A stretch of DNA of 64,000 nt from Epiperipatus broadwayi (lineage: Eukaryota > Animalia > Onychophora), in the NCBI GenBank assembly GCA_028023455.1, contig JAQFVV010000008.1:15810001-15874000 (forward strand), written 5' to 3'. The notes below the pieces were generated by a model. That model had not been told where the DNA came from. It saw only the letters and a program-made list of their open reading frames with translations, and made no database searches. Made by a program: the position numbers and the translations under genes. Positions 27,290-39,140 of the stretch are shown here, piece after piece (position 1 is the first letter of the stretch; the number at the start of each line of letters is the position of its first letter).

Positions 27290-28660
27290 TATGCTGATAA
27301 AAAAATGTATCAGCGAATCAGAACTTACGTGGTCAGGAGCTACATTTTTAATGGCAAAAATTCCCAATAATGGGCGATGGTCGGTTATTATTTTAAAAGA
27401 ATGACCACAAATGTATTGGTGGAATTTCCAAACTGCTGCTATTATAGCTAACGCCTCTTAGTCCAGTTGGCTGTAGTTTCTTCCAATCTTCATTAATGTA
27501 CTAGACATAAAACCTATAGGGCATTCCCCATTCTGTGATGGATGACTAAGCACTGCTCCAATTCTATAATCAGATGTGTCAGTGGTTATTGTTATAATAA
27601 ACCAGTAAACGAGTTGATGTAAGCAACACCTTGTTTTTGAAAAGCGCCCTCTTGTGTTTCTGTCCATTTCCATCGCTGATTTTTCTGAAGTAAATCATAT
27701 AAATGAGTGGCTACATGTGGTTTTCCTTTTAGAAAATTTTCAAAAAAAATAATCAGTTCCAAGAAAGTCTGAAGTTCTTTAATATTCTTGGAAGTTTGAG
27801 CATTCATAATTGCTTAATTTTTTCCAGGTCAGGTCTGATTCTGGCGCTTGAAATAATATGACCTAAAAATTTAATTTCTGTCTCGTTCCAAATACACTTT
27901 TTCTGGTTAAGTTTTGCTCCAAATGTTAGTAACCTTTCACATATCTTTTTTAATTTTCTATGCAGCACTTGCTCAGAATCTGCTATTACGAGGATGTTGT
28001 CAAAAAAAGGTGCTACTCCCTCCAATCCTTCTAATAATTTGTCGATCTTCCCTTGGAATAGACCCAGGGTGATTGTTATGCCAAATGGCAACCAATTGTA
28101 TTTATACAACCCTTTATGCATTATTATAGTTAAAAATGCAGCAGTTTCTTCCAACACCGAGTGGCATTCAAATCTTGTTTTGCAAAATATATTGTTCTAC
28201 CAAGTCCATCTATTATCTCTCTAACATTTGATACAGAATAGGGACTTTTGTTATGCACTTAATTACAGTTACTCTGTAGTTCCCATATATATAGATTTCT
28301 CCATTCTGCTTCGTTATTACCACTATAGGTGTAGCCCAGTCTGTATCTTCAACAGGCATCAGTACCCCTTCTTTACTAATATGTTTAATGCCTCTTCGAC
28401 CTGTAGTCTTTGTGCAAAAGGTATTTTTCTCGGCTTAAAATGGATGGGTTTTGCACCTTCGCAGAGCTCAATTTCAACAGGCTTAGTATTGATTTTACCT
28501 TGCCCCTCTGTGAACAGTTTAGGAAAATTAACCTTTATCTCATACTCTATATTAATTTTATTTATTACGTGTACTTTTATGCCTAAAGGTGTAAACCATT
28601 CCCTGCCTATTACGAGCCCTATATTTCATTTAACTATATATAGATTTAGCTTTTCTTGGC
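27290..28660 (-). pseudogene. Gypsy protease C-terminus, reverse transcriptase and RNase H
   Basis: GREWFTPLG, KPRKIPFA, DWATPIVV, YKYNWLPFG, FFDNILV, FLGHIIS, TDTSDYRIGAVLSH, RNYSQLD. Confidence 0.92.
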
Positions 28661-28665
28661 AGCTA

Positions 28666-30746
28666 TTTATAGTATAACAGTCGGTGCCTATTGGAAGTTG
28701 TTGGAGTCTTACCGTATTTGCCATACAAGGGGGTTACCAGGCCATTTGAATCTGGAAAATTTATATAGTAGGCAGATACATGCTGTTAAGATCCAACTTT
28801 TACATATATATTTTATTACGACAGTTAGCCCTTGCCACCAGCTCAGAGAGATACAGAGATTTATAATATATAAATTCTTATTTAACATATATTTTCAATA
28901 TCAAAAAATAAAAGCCACTACCAGTAATAACACATAAAAAACATTTATTAACGCACATATATAAATATTTATAATTGAGAAATAAAATTTATCTTGTTTA
29001 GATTTTAATATTAATTTTAAATGTAAGTTTAATTCGCACAGATGGACATTTTATAATGTTGAGTACAGATTGGCTACATAGATTACTCAGTTAAAAACTT
29101 TTCAAAACAATCATTCAATCTCAGACTAAAAGTTCGCAACCAGACCAACGCTTGCTTCCTGCTATACAAATGCAACCAATGCAATGTGAAGATGCTAGCA
29201 TAAAACCACGCAGTCAGGAATGTGCGTCTGCTGCATGATATTATTTGAAGGACATGATCTTCATCCAGTACAGGAAAGTGTGTCTGTCTGGCGAAACAAT
29301 CATGTATATAAAAAAATTAAAGAGAAATGCTACTTATGGGGGGGAGCGGTCTTACTGCCGACTTATAGTCCCTATCCATAGAGCTAAAAAGGGGTCAATG
29401 GCACAGGAAATATGTCTGCATCCATTGCAACGCAATGACTACAACTTTGGATCATGCATTTAATTGGGCTTTTCCATGTATGCTAACACACTTCACATTA
29501 CATTGATATAAACACCCATATATCCCTCCACCAGCATCGGCCTTAAACGATTAAAATATAAAATTATTGATGGAATTGCTGAGGGAAATTTACAATAAAC
29601 CCAAAGGCACTCATCATAAGATGCCGCATTGACCCCAATAACTTAAAAGATATATGAATAAATACGTTTGGACACTCAGCATGAGGTGTCATATTTACTG
29701 ATATCTATATATTTTAATCAAAAAAAAAATAACTAAATGTTAATGAATCTATGCAGCTATCTACACCCAATTTAAATTTAATACATTTAAATAATTTAGG
29801 CAATAAATATTAATAACAAAAAAAAATGGAAATGATTAAATTAACAAATTCAAATATATAAAATTAAACATTAATAATTGATTTTCAAATCTTAAAAGTC
29901 AGATAAAAGTTCATTTTAAAAATTAGGTTTAGTTGATTATTAAAAACTTATCAAATCTTGACGAAAGTTCTTAATTACTTTTTAAAATTCTACAGTTCAT
30001 ATCTTACAGTAGAAGAGCTCCCGGTTCCTGGTGCCAATTCCCGTGAAGTCTTTATTGGTCATACTTTCATGGAAGACTGGTCCAATCCTGGTACTATTTT
30101 ATTGCAGTACCCATATGATTCCGGGTCTGCAACAGTACCATTCATAATTCAACAGTTACTTCATTTGAAATAAGTAAGAGGGTAAAAGTGCGTCTTTTTA
30201 CCCTCCTCCTCAAAAATCAAGCTGGAACTGTTCTTAATTTGAATATTTTTCTTTTTATACAAATCGTCCGGATTCACTGTACAATAGTTTCCTGTTCCAA
30301 TGATTTTCATTCGGGTCCGAGCGTTGGTTGCTGCTTCTATTGGACATTCTGCTTCAGAGCGAGAAACAATCTTTGATTTTTATAGCCCCAAGGGCTAATT
30401 TGCTTTTCATTTAATTAATTAAACAATCATTTCCATTTACTGAGATTACATAGGAATCTTAAAATAGAATTTAACATTTATTTCTATTTTCATTTATGTT
30501 ACTTAAAAAAAAAATATTAATCTTTACTTTATTTTTTTTTTATTTATAAAAAAGTACGATCAAATATTTTTTATTTTAAAAAAACGAAAAAATACTTTTA
30601 AAGTTTTCCATCTGTGCGAATATATACACGTTAAACAACTATTTTTTAATTTTAGCTTTTAGTTTTTAATAAATTTATTTTTATTTCCGAATTTGTTTTT
30701 ATTTTAATTTTAAATTAATGTAAAGGCATATGTATACCGTTATAAT
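28666..30746. mobile_element. 2.08-kb unidentified insertion inside the gypsy protease
   Basis: Flanked by AGCTA at 28661-28665 and 30747-30751. Removing it rejoins protease sequence (GVVKVLV...EKLNLYIV, with a 1-nt slip). Confidence 0.7.
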
Positions 30747-30759
30747 AGCTACCAATACT

Positions 30760-31519
30760 TTTACTACCCCAACAATATCAATGGAATTTCTGTTTGCATC
30801 TTTTGCTTTTAGATCTGTTTTGTCCATCCTTGTCTGTAATTTTTCTTTTTAACTCAGACCAGTCCTTCTGTGATATGATAGATATACCGGCACCACTATC
30901 TATTTCCATTTCTATGGGATTATCACATATTTTATTCACAAACATTATTTGCTGTTCATTTTTTTGTCTCTGCTTTATTTAGTTCCGTCAATTTTTCTGG
31001 TTTTTGAAATTTTTTTCCCATCAGCTTTATAGCAAAGTTTGATACACCCTTAGTGTGGCAGAACTTGCCTAGGTGATCAATTTTTCTGCAGTTGTTACAT
31101 TTTGCACTTTTCCATCTGCATTCACATGAAAAATGTCCAACTTTTCTGCAGGGTAACATTCACTTTTCATGTTTGGGGTCTTCTCCCTTGCTTCTCTTGT
31201 TGATTGTCATTTGTTTGGTACTGTTCATATTTGCCTGTTGGATTTCTTTAGCATTACTTGCAACTAACTTGTAAGTCATGCCTCTTTTTACAACCTCAGA
31301 ATGTTAGGTCTGAGATAGTTAATAATTGCTGATGGAGCCTGTCATCACTCATCCCCCATAAGAACTGTTCCAACAATGCTTCTTCTATGCACTCTCCAAC
31401 TGCACAATCTCTTGCAAAGTCTCTCAAGGCATCACAATCCCTGCAATTTTCTCCCCTTACTTGGCATCTATTCCATAAATGTAGGCGAGATATGTGTTTA
31501 GATGGCTCCGGGCTAAAAT
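30760..31519 (-). pseudogene. Gypsy gag (double CCHC knuckle) and protease N-terminus
   Basis: CRKVGHFSCEC...CNNCRKIDHLGKFC; protease active site EMEIDSGAGISIIS. Confidence 0.9.
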
Positions 31520-32399
31520 CCCCCCTAATTTTCTCGTGAGTACATTCGTCCTTTTAGCAATTTGCGCCCTGGTGAATTTTTCCATAAGTATTATATGTCA
31601 AAATGTATATTTTTCAGTATATTTTATTGTATAAAAATTTCATTCAAAAAATTATGATAGATGGTGAGAAATTCAAAAAAGACCAGCTTAGAATAGACAT
31701 AAGCCCTGACCTGACATGTTCATCCATTGTTTGAAGGCAAGGCCATAAAATGTTTGGCATTTTACGACATTGTTTAAAGAAAATAATTCTAATGACCAAA
31801 AATGTGTTTATTTGCAAATTTATTAAGGTTTTAGATTTTTTTTTACAATAATTTACACTATATTTATTAGATATCAAGAAATATAAATTATTAATAACTT
31901 ATTTTGGCTGGAAATACTTTATTTTCAAAATTATGTTATATTAGCAGCTAAAGTGAATATGGCCTGAAGTAATTTACAAGTTTAGCTTCCACATAAGCAA
32001 TCTACTTATATTTACGAGAATTAAAATACCGCAATATTGCAATAAATATTCAAAAATTTTAAACTTTTAAAGCATAACTCATTAAATATAAGAGAAATAA
32101 ATAAATATTCATTTACATTTTTAAAAATAATGAGAAATAATGAAGATTTCATTGATTTTGAAAAATTAAAAATAATCTTTCTGAAATGATGATGTGTAAT
32201 CTTTTTGTTTTGATTACGATCTCATTTTTTTAATATTTATAGAAACAAAATGTAAACATTTAAAATTTATTTCAGTAGTAAACAAAAATATCTATCAAAT
32301 GAAGTCAAATTTATTATTTTCTGATATGTAATAATCATTTGATCATATATTTTACATTGATTTGTGAGATAAAGAAAAACGTCAGAAAATGCACTACGG
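31520..32399. mobile_element. 880-bp non-autonomous DNA-transposon-like insertion in gag
   Basis: 3-bp TSD AAT (31517-31519, 32400-32402) with CC...GG termini. Excision restores the in-frame gag peptide RLNHFSPEP. Confidence 0.75.
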
Positions 32400-32639
32400 A
32401 ATGGTTAAGTCGTTTAAGTAATTCACTATAAGGCAGACTCTTGGGATCTTTGGGTTCACGTAATCGGTTTGAGACCTCAAGTTTCTCGATCCTCCGAAAA
32501 GAAGTAATGTGGCAATTTTTGTTACATCATCCTTAATTTTATTAACTATAAAATATTTCTCTATACGTTTTGTATATATAAACCACTTGGAAGAGTTATT
32601 TACTTCGAATTCACCTTTACCTAATTGTGCTGTAGCCAT
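32400..32639 (-). pseudogene. Gypsy gag N-terminus
   Basis: MATAQLGKGEFEVNNSSKWFIYTKRIEKYFIVNKI...IATLLLFGG is typical of Mag-type gag starts. Confidence 0.8.
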
Positions 32640-32717
32640 ATTTTTTACTACGACTTAGCTGGTCCTTTTATTGATTATTTGTGCTCTGACTATAATTACT
32701 GTTTGAAAGTTATTTCT

Positions 32718-32735
32718 ATCCTGTCAACTGCACCA
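32718..32735 (-). promoter_or_regulatory. Primer-binding site (tRNA-Ser-like)
   Basis: TGGTGCAGTTGACAGGAT lies 3 nt after the 5' LTR. It differs from TGGCGCAGTCGG(T/C)AGGAT (complement of an insect tRNA-Ser 3' end) only by transitions. Confidence 0.7.
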
Positions 32736-32738
32736 ATT

Positions 32739-33101
32739 TGCTATGTTCTGACTCCATATAATAATTTGCGGTCAGGCCTATAGGAGTATGAATAGCACAA
32801 CATATATAGATATCTTGAAATAATCAACACACTCTCAGAGCATGAAAAGCTTAAAGTTATTATTAGTCCATAATTTTAATGCACTCTGCATGATAATAAA
32901 AAGGAAAACAACTTCTAATTTAGTACACTTGCTATTTATTGTCAGGTCCCTATCCAGACTGTAAACATTTGGATTGAGCGAGCATCATCGCCTATTGGTC
33001 TGTTTAAGTCATTGGTTAATATACTATCTAATATTATGTGTATTGGTTCTTGGTGATGAATACTCCATCCGATCTACGATAAGATAATATCTGGTTCCTG
33101 T
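32739..33101 (-). repeat. 5' LTR of gypsy element
   Basis: Homologous to 25627-25949, with a ~50-bp extra segment. The outermost few bases are missing. Confidence 0.9.
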
Positions 33102-35930
33102 TAATTTTTAATGAGTGTGGGCATTCTTCCACATACATTGCAACTTTCATCTTAAATACTGTCTACTCTTCTATAAATTTGTTGAAAATGCAATAAAAAA
33201 ACTTATATTATATAATTCTCATGCAAAGACAATTTTTTTGCTAAAGTGATAAAAAAAATAATAATTTAATATTATTGCATTTTTGTATTTACAGATAGAC
33301 ATCTTAAATCATTAAAAATAAAAAGATTGGCATTCTATTTAAAAAGTGAAGTACACATTTTTACTGCAGTGAAAGCATATATTTATACATGTTCATTTAG
33401 GAAAATCAAAATTTATTGTAGGGTTTATACATATATTGGCATCATTAATTTATCATAATAAAATTAAATTACTTATTAGATAAAATCCAGAAAAATCCTG
33501 AACAGTTCTAAAATTTTCTAAGCCTACACTTCTCTTGAATTTGCTATTAGGGGCCATGTTTTTTACTGCAGACATTGTGAAGGTAATGGTATATTTTAAA
33601 TTTAATGATATATATGTTATCTTATAGGAACAAAATATTTTTATGCTTAGATTGCAAATGTTTGTATGGGCATGATAATTGGTGATTAATTTCACAGTTG
33701 TTTTAGAAATCACAACTTTTTTCTAGAATGCAATTAAATGTACATTTCCTTGGGAAATTTTAAAGAAGCTGATATTCTTTTATAACACAAAAGAATCAAA
33801 ATAAATTGTAATCACAAAGCAAACATATTGATATATATATATTTTAAAATAATATATTTACCTTTTATGATAAATTCTTTTTCAATGTGCGACCCTGCTG
33901 CTTGTATAATAGCATTTGATATGGTTCCATCTAATAAAAAGTTGTGAAAATACATATTATTAAATAACAATCATTTAGAATTTTAATATTTTGCTAAATA
34001 TTTCTTGAACTTGTTATATTTATATGAAATCAGATCTTTCTTCTAAAAACTCAATGATTTATTTTATGTTAAAAAATATAATCATAATTCTGTCATAATT
34101 AGAATGCCCATGTTGTATAATAAGGTATTTTTGGACATTGATATATTTCATTTGAATTTTCATGATTTCTTAAATCAATGTAAACTAAATTCTTGGTTTG
34201 TAAAAGCTGTACTATATTGGAATTATTACTAGTCTGTTATTACATGCTTAATAATAAAATTGAATTGAACTTTAATTCTTTATGAGTTTTCTGCTATAAA
34301 ATTTTTCATTACTATTATATTGATAGATTCATATTTTTAGCTTTTACAACATCTCTGTTTAATAATATTTTTATTAATCACAATTATGAGAAATTATTTA
34401 ATACTTTTAATTAAATTGTAATTTATTAGAGACAAATGGTTGGAATGGTAATTACATTTAAAAAAATGCAGAAAATTAATAATTAAAAATAATTTTATTA
34501 ACAATAACAAAAAAAACAACAATCTGCAAACTCATAATCAGTTTTAAAATTAAATGAAGGGAAAAAATAATAATAATAAATGTCATAAAAATACATTTTT
34601 AATAACTTAGGTCTAAATGCTTAATGCTTTGATCAGGTTAATTAGTTAAGCAATTGGCCATGTGCTTCATCATTTAACATTTGTAATATCAATTTTAGTA
34701 TTTTTTCATGATTATTATATTATCTACATAAATTATTTATCTTCAGTCCATGCATTGATTTTCTCTACATTTTTCCTTGATCTTATCAATTATTCTTTCC
34801 AAATATATTATAAATATACCTGATGGGATTATATTTCCTCAGCTTGAATTTTTTCTAATTTAAAACCAGTTTCCATTTTTCCATCTATTCTCATGGTTGC
34901 TTATAAATTATCTTAGATATTCCACAAAAAATTAATTAGTATATTTATCAACTCCATATGAGTTAAATATAGACCAAGTCATCCTTTGGCCACTGCTCTC
35001 AAAAGTTTTCTGAAAATTAAAAACAAGCACATATATATTCTTTGTTTTTTTTTTTTTATGTTTTTCTCTGCAAAATGATAAATATCTGTTAGATGGTACT
35101 TCTATTTTTTCTAAATCCTCCTTTTTTTCTTTGTAGTTTTTAGTATTCCATTTAACATGTTCATTAATATTTTTCCTAAAATGCTAATTAACCCTAAAGT
35201 TTTGTTATCTTCTCATTCAGTCTTGTTTTGGTTTTAGTAGATAGCATTAACATATGACTTTGTCCATGCTTTGAGAACCGTCCTTTCTTCCTTCTCAATA
35301 TTTAAACAGGCTATAATTTTCTTTAATAAACTATTTCATCCATGCCAGACCATTTACTCAGTTAATATATCATTTCATGGGCTCCAAATAATTTCTTCCA
35401 ATAAAATATCTTCACTATTATAAGTCAATAATAAAAACAGGCAAAACACTATATATATTGTCACATACAACAAGCTAGAGTAATCAATGGATGTCAGAAG
35501 GCCTTCGTCAGTGAAAAACCTTGGATCGGAGGCATTGCACTTAGATCTTAGGATCTAATGCAACCTTCCAGGAACCAACCTTTTATCTCCATTTAACTAC
35601 AAAACTATGAGTCTTAAATTGAAAACACCTTAATGTTTTCAATCCAAGCCCATCAGCTTATATAGTCATATGGGTCTGAATCCAGTTCAGTACCCATACA
35701 TTTTGGTGTCTTTGGTTCTTTAATAACCATAGCCACCACTACCGTATTAGGCAGGATTGGTTTTAAGCCAATAAATATCACATGACCACCACCTCTTATG
35801 CTTGTGTATAACTGTTATTAAAACAGGCAAAACTCACTATATATATTGCCACACACAACAAGTTATAGTAATCAATGAATGCCAGAAGGCTTGTGCATAA
35901 AATCCTCATCTAGTGCTTACTCATCCAATA

Positions 35931-35972
35931 TCCCCAGACTAGTTTCTGGCTTATGACCTTCATCAGTGAGGA
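35931..35972 (-). ncRNA. Type I hammerhead ribozyme (core intact)
   Basis: TCCTCA CTGATGA A GGT CATAA GCC A GAAA CTAG TC^TGGGGA. Confidence 0.8.
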
Positions 35973-36227
35973 GCCATGGATCTGAGAGCACTGCACCTAG
36001 ATATTAGGATCTAATGCAACCCTCCAGCAACCACCCTTTTTCTCCATTTAACTATATAAGCTGATGGGCTTGGATTGAAAACATTAAGGTGTTTTCAATT
36101 TAAGACTCATAGTAAGGTGTTTTCAATTTAAGACTCATAGTTTTGTAGTTAAATGGAGATAAAGGGTGGTTGCTGGAGGGTTGCATTAGATCCTAAGATC
36201 TAGGTGCAGTAGTCTCAGATCCAAGGC

Positions 36228-36269
36228 ACCTCACTGACGAAGGCCATAAGCCAAAAACTAGAGTGGGGA
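36228..36269 (+). ncRNA. Hammerhead ribozyme, inactivated copy
   Basis: CTGACGA is intact, but GAAA has become AAAA and CTAGTC has become CTAGAG. Confidence 0.55.
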
Positions 36270-37884
36270 TATTGGATGAGTAGGCACTAGATGGAGATTT
36301 TATGCACAAGCCTTCTGTCATCCATTGATTACTCTAGCTTGTTGTGTGTGGCAATACACAAGCATAAGAGGTGGTGGTCTTGTGATTTTATAAGTCAATA
36401 ATGTTGAGCAAGTTTTGCCTGAAATTTTTTCATTAAGTTATTCTATATAATTCAACACAGTGTTCAGACCATTGTTTTAAAATTTCACTTTTGTGTGAGA
36501 ACATTTTTCCATGTTCATTTTTTATTATGGTTTTGATGCCATTTTTGATAAAGATATCTTTACAACTTTATATTCATTTCTCTGAATTTACATTATCCAT
36601 ATTTTTTATATCTCTACATTGAACTTCCAATATTTTTTTTTATCTTTCCTGACTCCTTTTATTTAAATTATACATTGACTTATACTAATGCTCTGTAAGT
36701 CTCAAAAAGTCCCTTTAACTTTTCTTAATTCCCTTTTTCTAGACTAGCATACAGTGTTTCGCATAATTCAATCTTTCTCAACCTTTTTTTATTCTGGTCC
36801 AACTTTAACAAATAGCTTCCAGTAAAACCTTATAGCACAATCTTATTAAGATTTTCAACTCTTGAATCTAATTTTTTTCTCTTTGTCCAAATTTTTGATT
36901 TTTTCTTTAAGTGCTGACTAATAATTTTACACTATTTTTGCATCTGAAACCTTAATTAAACCTTTTCATTTTTGAAATAAAATTTTATTCAATTTCTTAA
37001 ATTCTGCTTGATATATACAATTACTAGATCATGATCTGAAACTTTAATTATCTCCTAAAAGATGTGATATTTATGTACTGATACTGACTATCTTGTATTT
37101 GGTAGCATTATGATTTCATGACTCTTGTTTTTTCCCCATCATTCAATCTGAATGTTTATTTTCTGACATCTTCTATCGGAATTGTGTCTTGGAAATTGTC
37201 ACATATTCTAAAGCTGTTGTGTTTGTAAAAATATGTACACTGCAATGCAATAATTAGAAGCCTTTGGGTACTCCAGAAAAAGTAAGAAAAATATATTAGA
37301 ATATATTTTTTTTAGATCATTAACTGATAAGAGTATAATTAATGAACGTTCGGGTAAGTAATTTAAGAAATGCGAACGTTATATAATTAAATCAGATAAA
37401 AAGTAAAAAAATTTAATTAATGCATAATTTTGCATAGGAATTAATAATAGGAAATATTCATTTAATATGTGATAAGAAAATTGTATTTGGTAAATGCAAG
37501 AAATATTTGCTAATTAAAAATATTTTTTGATACAATAGAAGTGGAAGTGACTAATTAAAAACACCAAGAGAAAAACAAGACTGATAAGAGTCAAGCATGA
37601 ACTCTGGATTGCCGGATGTCCAAACTGCGTGAATAAATAGTTTGTGCAGCAAAGTACGTCATTTTCATTCCGGTGGAGTTACTAAATGAACTGTTGGTGG
37701 ATGACTTTAATGAACAATGGCTGAAAAAAGCTTAAATGATGGAGTAGTGCTCTTGTCTGAACCCAGCATGATTAAACCAGGCAAAACTCTCTACACATAT
37801 TCCCACTCAGTGCAAGCCAGAGTAATGAATGGATTCCAGAAGGTTTGTGCATAAAATCCCCATCTAGTGACTACTCATCCAATA

Positions 37885-37926
37885 TCCCCAGACTAATTTC
37901 TGGCGTGTGGCCTTCGTCAGTGAGGA
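37885..37926 (-). ncRNA. Type I hammerhead ribozyme (core intact, stem III U-G)
   Basis: TCCTCA CTGACGA A GGC CACAC GCC A GAAA TTAG TC^TGGGGA. Confidence 0.75.
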
Positions 37927-38278
37927 GCTTTGGATCTGAAAACACTGCACCTAGATCTTAAGATCTACTGCAACCCTCCAGCAACCACCTTTTATCACTA
38001 CTTAACTTCAAAACCATGAGTCTTAAATTAAAAACACTATAATATTTTCAATCCAAGCTCATTAGCTTAGGTCTGAACTCAGTTCTGTACCCATACATTT
38101 TGGTAACTTTCGTTCTTTAATAATCATAGCTACCACTAAGCTAATGAGCTTGGATTGAAAATATTATAGTGTTTTCAATTTAAGACTCATGGTTTTGTAG
38201 TTAAGTAGAAATAAAAGGTGGCTGTTGGAGGGTTGCATTAATCCTAAGATCCAGGTGCAGTGCTCTCAGACCCAAAGC

Positions 38279-38320
38279 TCCTCACTGACAAAGGCCATAA
38301 GCCAGAAACTAGTCTGAGGA
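38279..38320 (+). ncRNA. Hammerhead ribozyme, core-mutated copy
   Basis: TCCTCA CTGACAA AGGCCATAAGCCA GAAA CTAG TC TGAGGA has a perfect stem I and a core G-to-A change. Confidence 0.65.
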
Positions 38321-38689
38321 TATTGGAAGAGTAGGCACTAGATGGGGATTTTATGCACAAGCCTTCTGGCATCGAGTGGCAATACATACAAAGAGTTTTG
38401 CCTGTTTTAATAACAATTATAAGCAAGCACAAAAAATGGTGATCATGTGATGTTTATTGACCCAGCATGATTGTAAGCAGCAGCTAAATGTAGCCAAAAA
38501 ACTCCATTAGTTTGAGGAGTCAAGCCAAAGTGCTTTGGAAACTGGAATCAAAGGAAACTGTGCAGAAAGCAGCAAATTGTTACATGGGTCGTGGGAATTG
38601 AACCATAAGTGAATTATATATACTGTGTTGGAGTGCATCAATAACTTTTCGCTATCAATAATATTTTATCATTACCCAGTCCTTATCTA

Positions 38690-39140
38690 AATTTCATTTA
38701 TTGATTTATTTGTTGGTATTCTGACTGCCTGTATCCGAATACACAACAAAAGCAAATTCTAATAATTTTTCACAACCTACACTACTTTCTTTAAAGCCAT
38801 ATTTGTTCACAATTTATTCTGTTACTCCATTATCATTTGCAGTCTTAGTGTTCCAATCTTTTCCATAATAGTAAAGTCATTTTGAAGTCCATCATCAAAA
38901 ATAATTGTTTTATCTCATCATCTGTGACATTAAAAGAGTTTGCTTTGAATATATATGTCATCATTCTTATATTGACAGCCTTATACACTGGTCCAAAAAA
39001 TCTTACAAAATTATTTAATTCTTCATTTTCAGTCCAGTATACTTCAGTTAATCTAAGAATAATAAATTTGTATCTATTCGATTTCTTTTTGAAGTAAGAT
39101 TTAATTTAAAAGTTATCTGTTTTGAGATTCCAAGATGAAG
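38690..39140 (-). mobile_element. LINE APE endonuclease remnant (RTE-like)
   Basis: IFDDGLQN resembles IIMGDFNA; KYGFKESSVGCEKLLEF resembles KYGLGERNERGEKLLEF. Confidence 0.55.

Larger units (their letters stand above)
25627..33101 (-). mobile_element. Decayed Ty3/gypsy LTR retrotransposon (Mag-like), full structure with two nested insertions
   Basis: Two homologous LTRs, a PBS, a PPT and the order gag(2xCCHC)-PR-RT-RH-IN on the minus strand. Many stops and frameshifts; RT YxDD has decayed to FFDN. Confidence 0.92.
35433..36387. mobile_element. Rep-A palindromic insertion 2 (about 1.6 tandem monomers plus an inverted arm)
   Basis: Tandem monomers 388 bp apart (the first has a ~66-bp deletion), inversion at ~36053, and 15-bp TSD TTATAAGTCAATAAT (35418-35432, 36388-36402). 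Confidence 0.9.
34680..36960 (-). mobile_element. Degenerate LINE ORF2 remnant interrupted by Rep-A insertion 2
   Basis: Purine-rich minus strand with decayed endonuclease-like motifs on both sides of the insertion. Confidence 0.35.
37774..38459. mobile_element. Rep-A palindromic insertion 3
   Basis: Forward arm to ~38135, then an inverted arm. 13-bp TSD ACCCAGCATGATT (37761-37773, 38460-38472). The target is a decayed LINE RT-like sequence. Confidence 0.92.

Noticed and set aside
28228-28677. 149-aa plus-strand ORF
   Set aside because: Antisense to the gypsy protease/RT coding region.
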